Source: Octopus bimaculoides (taxonomy: Eukaryota). From it: 62,202 nucleotides of DNA. Location of the stretch: positions 52,610,976 to 52,673,177 of the forward strand of contig NC_068999.1 in the NCBI RefSeq assembly GCF_001194135.2, in the 5' to 3' direction. The translations under genes and the position numbers were made by a program. The notes below the pieces were generated by a model. It saw only the letters and a list, made by a program, of their open reading frames with translations. It ran no database searches and had not been told where the DNA came from. Shown piece after piece: positions 34,956 to 48,893 of the stretch (positions are counted from its first letter, which is position 1; each line of letters opens with the position of its first letter).

Positions 34956-36246
34956 GTGAGTTTTTAAAGTTGTGCAGGTTTTTGAATAATTTTGAGGAAT
35001 TGGAATAGATTATGAAAATTATTTTTGTTTTGGAAGTGTGGTTAAGAGGTTTGCAAAGCAACAACATGATTTTGGGTTCAAATTCCAGCCTTACACCTTA
35101 CACTTTACTCAGGCTCACACATGCATAGATTGATTTAATGAATAGTGAACATTAGTGGATGGTGGCTCTACAAGTGACTCTGTTAAAGGCATCAAAGGGA
35201 CATTTGGTAGCAGTAAGAAAAGAAATAGACACCAAATATACATCTGTTTATATTGTAGGCTTAGTATTGTGTGTATGTATATGTATCTATGTACATGTCT
35301 GTGTATGCAGGTATATATGTATACATACATGTATAGTTACATATATATGTATGTGCATATATTTGTGAGTATATATATACAGTAATAGCTCACTTTATGA
35401 GGACCTGCTTTACTAAACCCCAGGTTTACGAGTTTTATTTTTCAAGCAGAAGATCCAAATTTTGAACAAAATGAAAAAGTTTCTACTACCAGAACAACTG
35501 CTTTTATGCGTTACCGAGTAATTTATAGAGAGCCAAAAAAGAAAAAAAATCTTCTAAGCAAACATCTCTAGACTTGTTTTTTAAAAGGAAATCTACAAGT
35601 CTGTCTATGAGTGCTTGTGAATCAGCAATCACATCTACGAGAGGTGATGTGTGTGAGTCTAGTGCGAGTGAAAGTGATTCAGAAAATGATTATAATAATA
35701 TTTTTTATTATAAATGTTCTTGACATTCTTTTTACTTCATATAGAATATTCTTTACATTCTACTGTTGTTTCATTGCCATTTATTTACGAGTATTTTGAA
35801 TTTTACAGGTTAAATATTTTTCTGGGAACGAATTACAATTGGAAATTATTGTTCTGTATTACAAATTTTTGCTTTATGAATGGTCTCATCATCATCATCA
35901 TCATCATCATTTAATGTCTGTTGTCCATGCTGGCATAGGAATAAATTAACTCGTATATCAAGGCATTACTGTAAATATGTATATATACTGTAANNNNNNN
36001 NNNNNNNNNNNNNNNNNNNNNNNNNNNNNNNNNNNNNNNNNNNNNNNNNNNNNNNNNNNNNNNNNNNNNNNNNNNNNNNNNNNNNNNNNNNNNNNNNNNN
36101 NNNNNNNNNNNNNNNNNNNNNNNNNNNNNNNNNNNNNNNNNNNNNNNNNNNNNNNNNNNNNNNNNNNNNNNNNNNNNNNNNNNNNNNNNNNNNNNNNNNN
36201 NNNNNNNNNNNNNNNNNNNNNNNNNNNNNNNNNNNNNNNNNNNNNN

Positions 36247-36288
<42 letters not shown>

Positions 36289-36525
36289 CACAATTAAAAT
36301 GTACCAAAACCGTAATGACTTTGGATTCGAACACTGGTGTGTAGTTTACTGTATCTGTTTGTCATATTCTGTTAACTATTATCAATTCCATCTCTCTTGT
36401 TTTTATCTATAAATAAACACTGCACGTGCAAATAGGATGTAAACTGCTTCCTCCCACCAATAAAATGAAAACTGGTTTATACCAGAATGTTCTGTCTAAA
36501 AGTATTTTTCATTTCTGCTTTCCAG

Positions 36526-36605
36526 ATATTCTACAGAAAACTAATGATGATCAATCTCGCCGAGACTACCTCTATTATCTTGCCGTGGGCTTTACCAAGT
36601 TGAAA
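36526..36605 (+). CDS. FIS1: FIS1 exon 3 (80 nt)
   Basis: Encodes DILQKTNDDQSRRDYLYYLAVGFTKLK. Acceptor TTTCCAG, donor AAA|GTAAGT. Confidence 0.95.
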
Positions 36606-37556
36606 GTAAGTTATTGGAAATCTTATCGTAAGAGTAATTTATTCACTGATTATTTCCTATCAGTGTATAACTATTGTACATTCTCTTAGTGATTCTCTCA
36701 CCATTGCTTGGATAAACATGGTGGAGTCCACACTTCTCTGAGGAGGCTTAATGAGACTGAAGCATATTGTAAGTTGCCTCCCATACTTACCTTAAGCCTC
36801 AGAACAATATTTCTCAATGATTTGCATTGTTTTTTTTTTTTACATGGCTGAATGCCCTTCTTGATTGGTTCCATGCAGATGTGTGTGTCTGGTGCATAGC
36901 CTATCGATCTGTCTCACCAAACTGCTAAGCTAAGGGGATGTAAGGAACCCAACACTGCTTGTTAAGTAGTATTAGGGACAAGCACACACACACACACACA
37001 CGTATCATCATCATCATCATCATCATCATCATCGTTTAATGTCCGCTTTCCATGCTACCATGGGTTGGACGATTTGACTGAGAACTGGTGAAACCAGATG
37101 GCTACACCAGGCTCCAATCTGATTTGGCAGAGTTTCTACAGCTGGATGCCCTTCCTAACGCCAACCACTCTGAGAGTGTAGTGGGTGCTTTTACGTGCCA
37201 CCGGCACGAAGGCCAGTCAAGCGGTACTGGCAACGGCCGCGCTCAAAATGGTGTATTTTATGTGCCACCTGCACAGGAGCCAGTCCAGGGGCACTGGCAA
37301 CAATCTCGCTCGAAAGTCCTATAAATATAAATATGTGTGTGTGTGTGTCTGTATGTATACACATGGTGAGTTTTCACACAGTTTCTATCTGTCAAATTCA
37401 CTCACAATGCATTAATCAGCCTGGGGCTTATGCAGTGGGACTGAACCTGTAACCTACATTGTTGCAAAGTCAGCTTCTTAACCATACTACCATGCTTTCA
37501 CTTTGATGTCTTTCTGAATAGAAGTCATTGACCCCAGTGTAACAACTCTCTATTAA

Positions 37557-37778
37557 CCCTTTAACACACAGATTACTCTGTCAAATGTAATCCTTATTTA
37601 TTCACATTATTTTGAAGTAACCATGCATTATCTCTTAGCTCTGAGATTTCAGTAATGTGATTGTTCATTTTCAGAATGATATTGTAGGGTTGGTGTGAGA
37701 GTCTGGATCTGGACGATTTGAGCATAGAAAGCAGGTAGAATAATTTGGCGTAATACAACCGGTTCAAATACTGGAGGG
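37557..37778. mobile_element. piggyBac-type MITE (TTAA-CCCT...AGGG-TTAA)
   Basis: TTAA at 37553-37556 and 37779-37782, with CCCT/AGGG termini and no ORF. Confidence 0.75.
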
Positions 37779-37812
37779 TTAAACCTTTTCTCTGTGTGTT
37801 TGTTTCTTACAG

Positions 37813-37918
37813 GAATATGAACATGCGCTACAATACATAAAGATGGTTTTGAATCTTCAGCCTGATAATCGCCAAGCAATTAGCATGGAGCAGTTTATCA
37901 AGAAGAAATTAACCCGAG
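37813..37918 (+). CDS. FIS1: FIS1 exon 4 (106 nt)
   Basis: Encodes EYEHALQYIKMVLNLQPDNRQAISMEQFIKKKLTR. Acceptor TTCTTACAG, donor G|GTTTGT. Confidence 0.95.
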
Positions 37919-38369
37919 GTTTGTTTTATTTTGCTTCTTATTTTATTATATTATTATTACTTTTGTGTGGCCTTCGTGCCGGTGGCACGTAAAAGCACCC
38001 ACTACACTCTCGGAGTGGTTGGTGTTAGGAAGGGCATCCAGCTGTAGAAACTCTACCAGATCAGATTGGAGCCTGGTGTAGCCATCTGATTTCACCAGTC
38101 CTCAGTCAAATCGTCCAACCCATGGTAGCATGGAAAGCGGACGTTAAATGATGATGATGATGATGTCCCTTTTCACATGAATGTTTTGCCTTATTATGTT
38201 TTGTCCGAGGAGTCATAATGTGTTAATGACTTATTATCTAACACACACACTGGTTTGATTTCCACTCATTTATTATTTATATTTTTTCTTCCAAAATTTT
38301 CATTGCTTTTGCAGCCTTGTCAGTGGACATTGACTCATATTTTCCTTTTAATCTTCTTTCTGTTAACAG

Positions 38370-38458
38370 AAGGCCTGATGGGAATGGCTATAATTGGCGG
38401 TGCCGTACTAACTATTGGAAGTCTGGTTGGTCTTGGAGTTGCTTTGGCCAAGAAATAA
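38370..38458 (+). CDS. FIS1: FIS1 exon 5 (tail-anchor transmembrane segment)
   Basis: Encodes EGLMGMAIIGGAVLTIGSLVGLGVALAKK, then TAA. The joined CDS is 459 nt, 152 aa. Confidence 0.95.
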
Positions 38459-39997
38459 AATGGAGAATGGACCTTAATGTTGGACATTGAAAGTTCAACT
38501 TGATGAACTCTTTGGCTGTGCTGAAAAAAAAAAAAGAAAGAAAAATTCAAAACTAAATGCAGACACATGCAAATACCTACACACATGCATACACTTCCAC
38601 ATGGTTGTACACACACACACATGTGTATGTGTGCACCTGCACGCACACACCTACATGTATAAAAGTTCGATATTAGTTGTTAATAACTAACTTTTGAAAA
38701 ATAAACTTTTGTTTAAAATTTTTTCCTCAAAGACTATAGAGCATTCTCACCAGCTGGTGCTTTAAAGCTATTGCGACCGTCTTAGCACACATCATCATCA
38801 TCATCACCATCACCATCACCATTTTTGTTAATATCACTACTATTATTATTAATATCATCATTCAAAGCAACAAGCTGGCAGAATTGTTAGCATGCCGAGC
38901 AAAATGCTTAGCAGCATTTCATCTGTGTTTATGTTCTGAGTTCAAGTTCCGCCAAGGCTGACTTTGCCTTTCATCCTTTCGGGGTCGATAAAATAAGTAC
39001 CAGCTGAGTACTGGGGGTCGATGTAATGGACTTGCCCCCTCTCCTGAAATTGCTGGCCTTGTGCCAAAATTTGAAATCATCATCATTATGATTATGATTA
39101 TAATTATATTTATTATTAAGAATGGTGGATCGGCAGAATCACTAGAGCATTAGAAGCAATGCTTCACAGTTTTACTTCTGGTTCTTTATGTTCTGATTTC
39201 AAAACCCACCAAGGTCAACTTTGCCTTTCATCTCTCTGGGGTTGATAAAATAATATACCAGTCAAGTACTGGAGGAGGGGGTGGTTGGTGGTATCAGCTT
39301 ATCCCTCCCTTTGGAATTACTGGCCTTGTACCTATATCAGAAGCTATTATTATTAAGGGAAGGAGGACAGAGTTAAACAAAATACCTTTTGGTGTTTGAT
39401 CCTGTTCTTTACATTCTGTGTTCAAATCCTGCTGAGGTCAACTTTGCTTTCCATCCTTCTAAGTGGCAATAGAATAAGCACCTGTCAAGTACTAGGGTTC
39501 GTATGATTAACTATTCTCCACCCCCACCCCCACCATCCCCTAATTTCTGGCTGCATGTCTGTACTAGAAATCTGTATTATTATTATTATTATTATTATAA
39601 TTATTTATAATGTTCAAATCCTGTCACGGTCAACTTTGCCTTTCAGCCTCCCAGGCTTGATACGATAAAGTCCCATTGAAGAACTGAGGGTCAGTGGTAT
39701 CGACTAGCTAGTCCCCTCCCCACTTCTCAAAACTGCTGGCCTTGCCCCTAAATTAGAAACAATTATTATTTATAATATTATTCTGCTCGTTAAGATATGT
39801 GTGTTCCCCCCCCCCCACCGAATGTTGCGCTTTCTACGAGAAATGACTCTTATTGTCTTACACTTCCAGTATGTCTGCTGAGTTGTGCTTAATATTATAT
39901 TGTTACAACACTTTAAGCTATCAATGACCTCAATCCATTTTCTAGCTCACTATGATAAAAAAAAAAAAATCAAAAAAGGCCCAAAAGACTCTTTTAA

Positions 39998-40219
39998 CCC
40001 TTTTGTTACCAATCCGGCTGAAACCAGCTCTGGCTCTGCGGTAAAAATGTCTTGTTTTCATAAGTTTTGAATTAAAATCTTCCACCAAATCTTAGTCACA
40101 ATTTAGGTTCCTAACACTAGCTGAATGATAACTAAGTTATTCTACTAAATTCTTTGTTATATTTAAAATCAATTGAAAGAAACACAGAGCATCTCAAAAT
40201 AGATACAGTAATGAAAGGG
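39998..40219. mobile_element. piggyBac-type MITE
   Basis: TTAA-CCCTTT at the left and AAAGGG-TTTTAA at the right (imperfect TSD). Confidence 0.6.
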
Positions 40220-40961
40220 TTTTAACATCGTATCGGGGACAATTACACCCCGAGGACAACTACCCTCCCCCATAGGACAGTACCCCCCCGACGACAACTA
40301 CCCCCTTGGTTAATTACCCCCTCTCTAGTATATTAAGAAGTTTTAAATCATCATCTGTTGTCCTTGGATGGGTGGGTTATTGTCCATGGGGGTAAATGTC
40401 CTAGACTCATTAACATAAACAGTGTTATGAAGAGCTATGAATTTATGCATCATAATAAAAATAAGAAAATTTATATAATGTGAAATTGTCACAACTTCTG
40501 TTGTTAATTATTTTTAGGTGGCAAAAGGCCGTGAGCTTTCAGATTCATTAGCATGTTGGGTAAAATGCTAAATGGCATTTCTTTTGGGGTTTTTATGCTC
40601 TATGTTCATATACCACCATGGTCAACTTAGCTGTTCATCTTTTCAGAGTCAATAAAATAAAGTACCAACTAAATACTGGGGGTTGATGTAATGGACTAGA
40701 CCCCATCCCAACAAAAATTTCAGGCCTTGTGCCCTTTGTAGAAATAATTGGAAGAATCATTAGCATGTCTGTCAAAATGCTTAGGAGCATTTCTTTTGGG
40801 TGTTTCCATTTTGAGTTCAAGTACCACCAAGGTCAACTTTACCTTTTATCCCTTTGGGTGGGGGTCGATAAAATAAGTACCATTTGAGCACTGGGGTCGA
40901 TGTAATCGACTTAACTCCTACCCTGAAATTGCTGGCCCTGTGCCAAAAATTTAAACCATTA

Positions 40962-40996
<35 letters not shown>

Positions 40997-41211
40997 GAGG
41001 CAGTGAGCTGGCAAAATCGTTAGGATTCCAAGCAAAATGTTTAGTGGCATTTCGTCCATCTTTGTGTTCTGAGTTCAAATTCTGCCAGGGTTGACTCTGC
41101 CTTTCATCCTTTTGGGGGTCAATGAATTAAGTACCAGTCAAGTACTGAGGTCCATGTGATTGATTAACCACCTCTCACCAAATTTCAGGCCTTGTGCCTT
41201 TAGTAGAAAGG

Positions 41212-41252
<41 letters not shown>

Positions 41253-42028
41253 GGCAGTGAGCTTTATGTTCTGAGTTCAAATTCCACTGAGGTCATTTTG
41301 ACTTTCATCCTTTCAGGGTCGATAAAGTAAGTACCAGTCAATTACTGGGGTCGATGTGATTGACTGTGCCCCTCCCCACAATCCAGGCCTTGTGCCTATA
41401 GTAGAAAGGATTGTTACTATTATTATTATTTCAGGTAGAAAGAATTATTTTGGTGAATTATCAGCATTGTTAGAACTTTGGATAAAATTCCTTGTGGTAT
41501 TTGTATTTTTGATCTTTGCAGTCTGGGTTCAAATTCTACCATAGTTAACTTAGCATTTCATCTTTTCAAGTTGTAGTCAAGTTCTGGGGTTGATTTCATT
41601 ATCTATCCTCTTCCCCCATCTAAATTTCAGGCCTTGTGTCTATGCAGAGAAATAGTTTTTACGAAGAATGCAGTGAGTGACAGAATCAGTATAACATCAG
41701 ATAAAATGCCTGCAGCTTTCCATCACAATCCCTTTTATGTTTTGAGTTCAAATCACTCTGATGGCGAACAAACAAATACTAGTCAAGTACTGGTGCTTAC
41801 AATTGAGGCCTTGTGCCAATGTAAAAAGATAAAACAATCATTATGATTGGATGAGGGGGACATCAAAAGTTCAAATTACAAAAACCAGTGATGAGTTACA
41901 TGGAACTGCATATGAGAAAATAGACATGACAAATAATGGCTTATTTTCTCTTATATGATTCCATGTAAGCACCTCCTACCATTTTTATAATTTGCCTTTG
42001 TAATTGCCACAGCATCCATTTTCCTGGT

Positions 42029-42512
42029 GGAATTCTGTTTTAAGCATGCTATATAACTCCTCATAACTTTTTTAATTTTTGCAATTTTCAGAAAATTTTT
42101 ATGACTTTGTATTCTACACATGAGAATTCATATGATTATGCAAAAAAAAAAAAAAAAAAATTTTGCTGCATGATTTAAGGGCTATTTAGCTGTTAATTTT
42201 AGCACATCACATGACCACCTCATACTCTCCTGTTTTTTTGTTGTTGTTAGTCTGATGTATTGATGTTTTTCAATATCTTTCTCCTCATAAAGACATCTAA
42301 TGGGAGTCAAGCCAAAAATTTGGACTAACTGTATTTGAAACTTTGATTTAAAAATAAATTCTAAAAATTAAAAAAAATAAAAATTTGTAAAATAAAATAA
42401 AATTTTTATTCCAGTTGTGTAAATTCCTGTGTGTAGAATACAAATTTGCAAAAATTCTAAAAAATTAAAAAAAGTTACAAGATGTTATGTGGCATGCTTA
42501 AAGTGGAATTCT
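42029..42512. mobile_element. MITE-like element with ~85-90 bp imperfect terminal inverted repeats
   Basis: 42029-42120 (GAATTC..TTAAGCATGC..TTTGTATTCTACACA) is the reverse complement of ~42429-42512. Confidence 0.65.
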
Positions 42513-45500
42513 GCTATTTTCCCTTGTGCCAATGTAAAAAAAACACATTATTATTATTATTATTAATATTATTGTCAGCATTCAACTTTTTTGTGTGGTA
42601 GGGTCAATAAAATAAAATATCGATCATGTGCTTGGTCAATATTTTCGACTACACTTCTCCTTTAAAATGTATGACTTTGTGCCAATGTAACTAATTGTTG
42701 TTCTCTCTCTTGTGCCTTTGAAGAGTACCAGATTGTCTTACATTATTTTATTTTCATCTCTTCATATTTTCTGTTCTAAATTATTATTATTATTATTATC
42801 ATTATTATTATTATTCCGACATTTCCTCTTTGGCCAAGGCCTCATCAACTTTTTCAAGTTCCACTTAAAAAAGGAAGATGAGAGTAGAAAGGGAAGTGCT
42901 GTCTCATAGCAAATTTGTTGAAAGATGGGTGACTGTTGGAAGAATGGCCAGTATGCACGGACCAATTCTGAGAATACACCTGTAGAAAAAGGTAATGTAA
43001 AAGGAGAAAGGGCTCTACACCCCTTTCTTATTTTTCTGACCAGGCTCCCGTGGCTTTTATGGGTTTTTCCCCGTGTAACCTTTCGAAGCGCCCCCCGCCC
43101 ATATTGGGAGTTTTATTTGTTATATCTTTCTCTGTTTTTCCTCTGTTTACACAAACGTTTTCTTCTTTTCGGACAAAATCCTTTGTAACCTTCATCCTGT
43201 CTTTGTCCTTACATGTTTTTAATTTATATTAGCCCTTGTGGCCAATAAAACCAGAATTAATTATCATTATTGAGGTGGCAAGCTAGCAGAATCCTTAGCC
43301 CACTGGATAAAATGCTTAGCGGCATTTCATCCGTCTTCACGTCCTGAGTTCAAATTCCGCCAGGGTCAGCTTTGTCTTTCGTCCGTTTGGGGTCGATAAA
43401 TTAAGTACCAGTGAAATACTGGGGTTGATGTAATTGACTAGTCGCTTCCCCCAAAAATTTCAGGCCTTGTGCCTATAGTAGAAAGCATTATTATTATTGA
43501 TAAGCTTGCAGAATTGTTCGCATGTCAAACAAAAGGCTTAGCAGCCTTTTTTCTAGTTCTTTACATCCTGAGTTCAAATTCTGCTGTGATCAACTGTGCT
43601 GTTCATCCTTATGGGGGTCAGTGAAACAAGTACCAGTTGATCTAATTGACTAGTTCCTCATTCCAAAATTTCAGGCCTTTGTACCTAGGTTGACTTTGCC
43701 TTTCATCTTTTCGGTAAAATAAAGTACCAGTCAAGTATTTTGGGGGTTGATGGTGTTGACTAATCCCCTTCCCTAAAATTGCTGGCCTTGTGCCTGAATT
43801 GGAAAACATTGTTTAAAGTGGCAAGCTGGCAGAATAGGGAGAGTATTAGACAAAATGCCTTGTAGTATTTGTTCCTGTTCATTATGTTTTGAGTTCAAGT
43901 TCTGCCGAAATCAATTTTGCATTTCATTCTTTCGGGGTGGCGGAAAGCGATGAGCTGGCAGAATTGTTAGCATGCCGGGGCCGGGCTAGTGGTATTTCGT
44001 CTGTCTTTACATTCTGAGTTCAAATTCTGCTGAGGTCAACTTTGCCTGTAGTCCTTTCGGGATTAATGAAATAAGTACTAATTGAGCACTGGGGTTGATG
44101 TAACCAACTTACCCCCTCCCATCAAATTGCAGGCCTTGTGCCTGTAGTGGAAAGGATTATTAAGGTAACGAGCAGACAGAATCATGAGCATGCCAGATAA
44201 GATACGTAGTGACATTTCATCCATCTAACATTCTGAGTTCAAATTCCACTGAAGTCATCTTTGCGTTTATCCTCTCGTGGTCGATGAAATAAGTACCAGT
44301 TTAGTACAGAAGCTGATGTAATTGACTTGCCTTCTCCCTGCAAATTTCAGGCCTTGTGCCTATAATAGAAAGGATTATTATTATTATTATTATTGAAATG
44401 ATATAAACTAATAGTAAGCTTCTGGTGTCTCAGAGTCCACAATCCAGTTCCAATTTCCATTTGTAACCACATAATTTTACATTACCATTACTAATGCCTT
44501 TTTAAAAAGAAGGGCTTGAACATTGTACAGTCTCAGTTGCCTTCTACAAAAAATTTGGGACCTTTTGGTTGTATAAGGAATTGTTGCTATTATTTGAGTT
44601 CAAAACCTACTGAGGTTGACTTTGCTTAGAACTGGTGGGTAGATTGATAAGATACAAACACATGTGCGTGCGCATGTATTAATGTTTCACCATATGGTTA
44701 TACATTAAAACAGTCAAGCATTCATTGAAGGATGACTCAATACATTTAAATATGGTAGCAGATTGATAAATATCAAGGGGTGACAGTGACTTTGAAGTTT
44801 TAGAGTATGAATCTTTAAATTTTGAGTTCAAATCCAGTCATGGTCACCTTCATCTTCCATCCTTCTGGAGGGGATAAAATAAGGTACCAGTCAAGTACTG
44901 GATTTGATGGTATCATCTAGCTCCGCCACCTCAAAACTGTTGGCTATGTGCCTAAATCAGAAATGATTATTATTGTTATTATTGAACATAGCTTAAAGAA
45001 TCACATCAAGAATTTGGTATGTCTTGGAAAAGATGCAAGATGATGTTCAATGTTCATGAAATATAATATTAGCAATATTGTTATCTTCATCATCAATTAA
45101 TAACCAAAGTATGCATTATATGAATATGTGTGTATGGATTTATACATATGTGTGTGTGTGTGTATGTATATATAAAACATATATAACATATGTAGTGCAC
45201 ATATACATACGTGCACACATCATGTCACTTATTCTGCAAGAGCTGCCACATATAATTACATGCATGCAAAGTGTCATATAACAAATCCAGTGTTTGACAA
45301 ATCAAATATACCAGCCATATAATGGCAGATCTCTTAAATCAACTTTATCCTTTTTTCTCCAAAATTTGTAGCATTGTGCCAAAGATAGAAATTATCATTA
45401 TAATTATCATTTGTTCTCTATAATTGATTGTGTGAAAACCCACTCTAATTTTGTAATCTGTTCATGTCATATCCTCTCATTCCTCACTGTTGCAGAAAAG

Positions 45501-48306
45501 TTAAAGAAAGGATTATTATTAATTAATTAATCATTAATTAATTACTAAGGTGGCAAGGTGACAGAATCGTTAATGTGTCGGTCAAAATGCTTCGTGGCAT
45601 TTCTTGTAGCTCTTTACATCCTGCATTCAAATTCAGCCAAGTTGACTTTGCCTTTCATCCTTTTAGGAGTTGATAAAATAAAGTACCAGCTTAGCACTGG
45701 GGTCAGTGCAACTGACTAGCTTCTTCCCACCAAATTTCAGGCATTGTACCTATTGTAGAGTGAATCATCATCATCATCATCATTATTTAGGTGGTGAGCT
45801 GGCAGAATCGTTAGCATGCTGGGCGAAATGCTTAGCAGCATTTTATGTCTTCAAATTCCGCTGAGGTGGAGTTTGTCTTTCATCTTTTCAGGGTCAATAA
45901 AATAAATACCAGTTGAGTACTGGGGTCGATGTAATCGGCTTATCCGCCTCCCCCAAATTCCAGGCTTTGTGCCTACGATAGAAAGGGTTATTATTTAGGT
46001 GGCGAGCTGGTAGAATCATTAGCACATTGGACAAAATGCTTAGCAGCATTTCATCCTTCTTTATATTTTGAGTTCAAATTCCACCAAGGTTGACTTTCCC
46101 TTTCATCCTTTCAGGATCGATGAAATAAGTAACAACTGAGCACTGGGGTCGATGTAATCGACTAGCACCCACCCACAAAATTTTGAGCCTTGTGCCTAGG
46201 GTAGAAAGGACTATTATTATTTATTATTATTAACACAGCAAAGGGTGGCAAGCTGGTAGAATTTGAAACTGTTATTACTACTCCTCCTCCTACTACCATT
46301 ACCTTGGAGGATGGCAGAAATGGTAGATTGTCAAACAAAATGCTTTTTACATTCTAAACTCAAATCCTGCCAGAGTTGACTTTGCCTTTCATACTTATGG
46401 GCTTGATAAAATATAAGTACCAGCTAAATACTGAAGTTAATATAATGGACTATGCTACCCCTTTCTCTCTCTCACTTTAAATATTCCTGGCCTTGTTCTT
46501 ATGTTAGTAATCATCAGCATTATAAAGGCAATTCATGTTCCAAGTTCAAATCCTGTTGTGGGTCTCTTTGCCTTCCAACCTTCTGGGTAGGTTGATAAAA
46601 AACAAATATATACCAATTAAATACTGGAGTTTGATATAGGCGGCAACTGTACCCTCAGCATCACCAAATCTTGACCTTGTGCTTATGTAATCAAAAGGAA
46701 AAAGGTCTGGTGGAATCGTTAGAGCATCAAACAAAATGTTTTGTGGCATTTAGTTATGGTTCTTTACGTTTTGAGTTCAAATCCCACCGAGGCTGACTTT
46801 GCCTATCATCTGCCAGGTTCCTGAAATCAATGAAGTAAAGTTAAGCATTGGAGTTAATGTAATTGGCCAAACCCTTCCCCCTTTCAGATTTCTGGCCTTA
46901 TGCCTATATTAGAAATCATCATCAACATTATTATTTTTTTTTTTATTATTATTATGCTTCTGCCAATTTCAATGTTACAACATTTGTTTTAACATATTGT
47001 AAATGATTAAAACATGCAAACGAAACACAAGTGTTTTCTTTCCTTCTCTGACTTCACCATGGTTCCTATTTTCAAAGCAATTTACTGATTCATGGATTTC
47101 TTTTTCTTTTTTTGTCTAGTTAATGTCTGCATTTCTTTACACCTACCACCTCCACCTCCATTTCATCAGTTTCTCTTTTCCCTCTTTGTTGTTATGTTTT
47201 ATTCTATTTATTGCTTAAATTTCTTTACCAATATGATGACTTGCATTTTTACTCTTAGTATGTTCTGGCAAATTTGAACACACCCCTGACTAATAAATCT
47301 AACAAGAAGCTCTTGTTTATAACTTCAGTGAACAGACAGCTTGATCTGTGCTGATAAACCATAATAGATTGTCATATGCACAATGAACAGTGAGAGTCAA
47401 ATACAATGACTTGCATATTTATTCTTAATGTTCCGGCAGATTGAAATGTGAAAATGCTAATCATTGTTGTGTTTCATCACCAGAGAACAACTTCTCCTTT
47501 ATGACAAATGTGTATTCACAATACATTTGATTTATTAGCATTACGATCTTGAAGACTGATCTCAAAATGCTGAGCCTTATGAATGTGGTGCAGCCCCTGG
47601 CCTTGCCAGTTCCTGTGAAGCCGTCCAACTCATGCCAGCATGGAAAACGGATGCTAAATGTTGATGATGATGATCTCCAAAACAACCAGTGTTTCAACAT
47701 TGGTATGTCTCATCACCTGGATGCATGCATCTTACAATGCTTTAGCCATTTAATTTTTTATTGTTTCTTTGTCCCGTGTCTACCTCCACTTCTTCATCTT
47801 CTCTTTGTCTTTTTCTCTTCATTTTTTTTCTAATATTGTTACTCCTTGTTCCTTGGTGTTATTGTATTTGCTGTTGTTTATTTCTGATTACATTTCCTCT
47901 CCATTTTCCTGTTTCTAGTCAAGATTCTGTCCACCAATCAAATAAACCAAGTTTCTGTTAATCCATCAACAACCCTAGATTCTGTCCACCAATTAACAAG
48001 TCTAGATTATAGTTTTGCCGTAACCGTTCATGTTTACATAGAAGTTTGGAAGCAAAAGGCAACACTTGCACAACAGTAACACTCCTTTACAACTAAGCAG
48101 AGAATGAAAACAAATATTGATAATTTCCCAAAAAATCATATTTTGGGAATATTTATTTTAGGTTTTTCATTTAATATTTGGTTAAGAGATAGCATGTATA
48201 TATGTGAATTTGAATGAAAATTTGTGTTTGTGAGTCTGTGTGTGCATGTGTATATATTTAAATATGTGAGCTTGTGAATGTGTGTATGTATGTATGTGTG
48301 TGTGTT

Positions 48307-48396
48307 TTAAAGCAGAAGGCTTGAAGTCTTCCGTTTCCTGAATACGGTCAGTTTCTGTAACCACCTCTTCTTCTTCTCACTGATGTCGATGAACAA
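48307..48396 (-). CDS. RSRC1: RSRC1-like, last coding exon
   Basis: Encodes LFIDISEKKKRWLQKLTVFRKRKTSSLLL-TAA, which resembles the RSRC1 C-terminus (LFIEK..EEKWFKRLIALRQ). Acceptor CTGTCTTTCAG. Confidence 0.85.
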   Translation of the reverse strand: MFIDISEKKKRWLQKLTVFRKRKTSSLLL

Positions 48397-48758
48397 CTGA
48401 AAGACAGAAAGGTACATCATCATCATCATAATTGACACATTCACCGCCACCACTATCATAAAAAGCCTCTATGTGGTTGCTCAATATGCTAGAAATAGCA
48501 GTCAAATTTCCTAGCCCTCCCACCTAACACACTCTATTGTCATGAAAAGAAAGACATTGAAAAGTATAGTTCTTCCTCTACCACGACTGGTACTGGTTTG
48601 TTTATGATCCTATAGCTTAGCAGTTTGACAAGAACATGCACCAGACTTAAAAAACAAGTACTGGGATTGATTTCTTTGACTAAGCCCTTCGAGGTGGTGC
48701 CCCAGCATGGCCACAATCCAATGACTGAAATAAGTAAAACGTAAAAGATAATACTTAC

Positions 48759-48893
48759 ACTTGGGTGTGCAAATGTATCTATGTCAATGTTGTACTTGTA
48801 ATTGTCTGGTACTGTTGCCTGACCAGTGTTGGCCTTCACACTGCCAGGTTTAATTTCAGCGATCGTACCAAACTGTTCTTCTTCAGGAGTTTC
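48759..48893 (-). CDS. RSRC1: RSRC1-like exon (135 nt)
   Basis: Encodes ETPEEEQFG..YKYNIDIDTFAHPS (compare RSRC1 KYQDDNSLAHPN). Donor AGT|GTAAGT. Confidence 0.85.

Larger units (their letters stand above)
38871..46930 (+). repeat. Head-to-tail array of ~24 co-oriented tRNA-derived SINE copies separated by (ATT)n/(ATC)n
   Basis: A recurrent ~200-230 bp unit: GGTGAGCTGGCAGAATCGTTAGCA..GAGTTCAAATTCC..GACTTTGCCTTTCATCC..AAGTACCAG..ACTGGGGTCGATG..GGCCTTGTGCC..AGAAAGGATTATT. Counted by eye. Confidence 0.85.

Noticed and set aside
38871-46930. Repeat-spacer appearance suggesting a CRISPR-like array
   Set aside because: The units are ~200-bp diverged SINEs with Pol III boxes, the spacers are microsatellites, there are no cas genes, and the context is eukaryotic.
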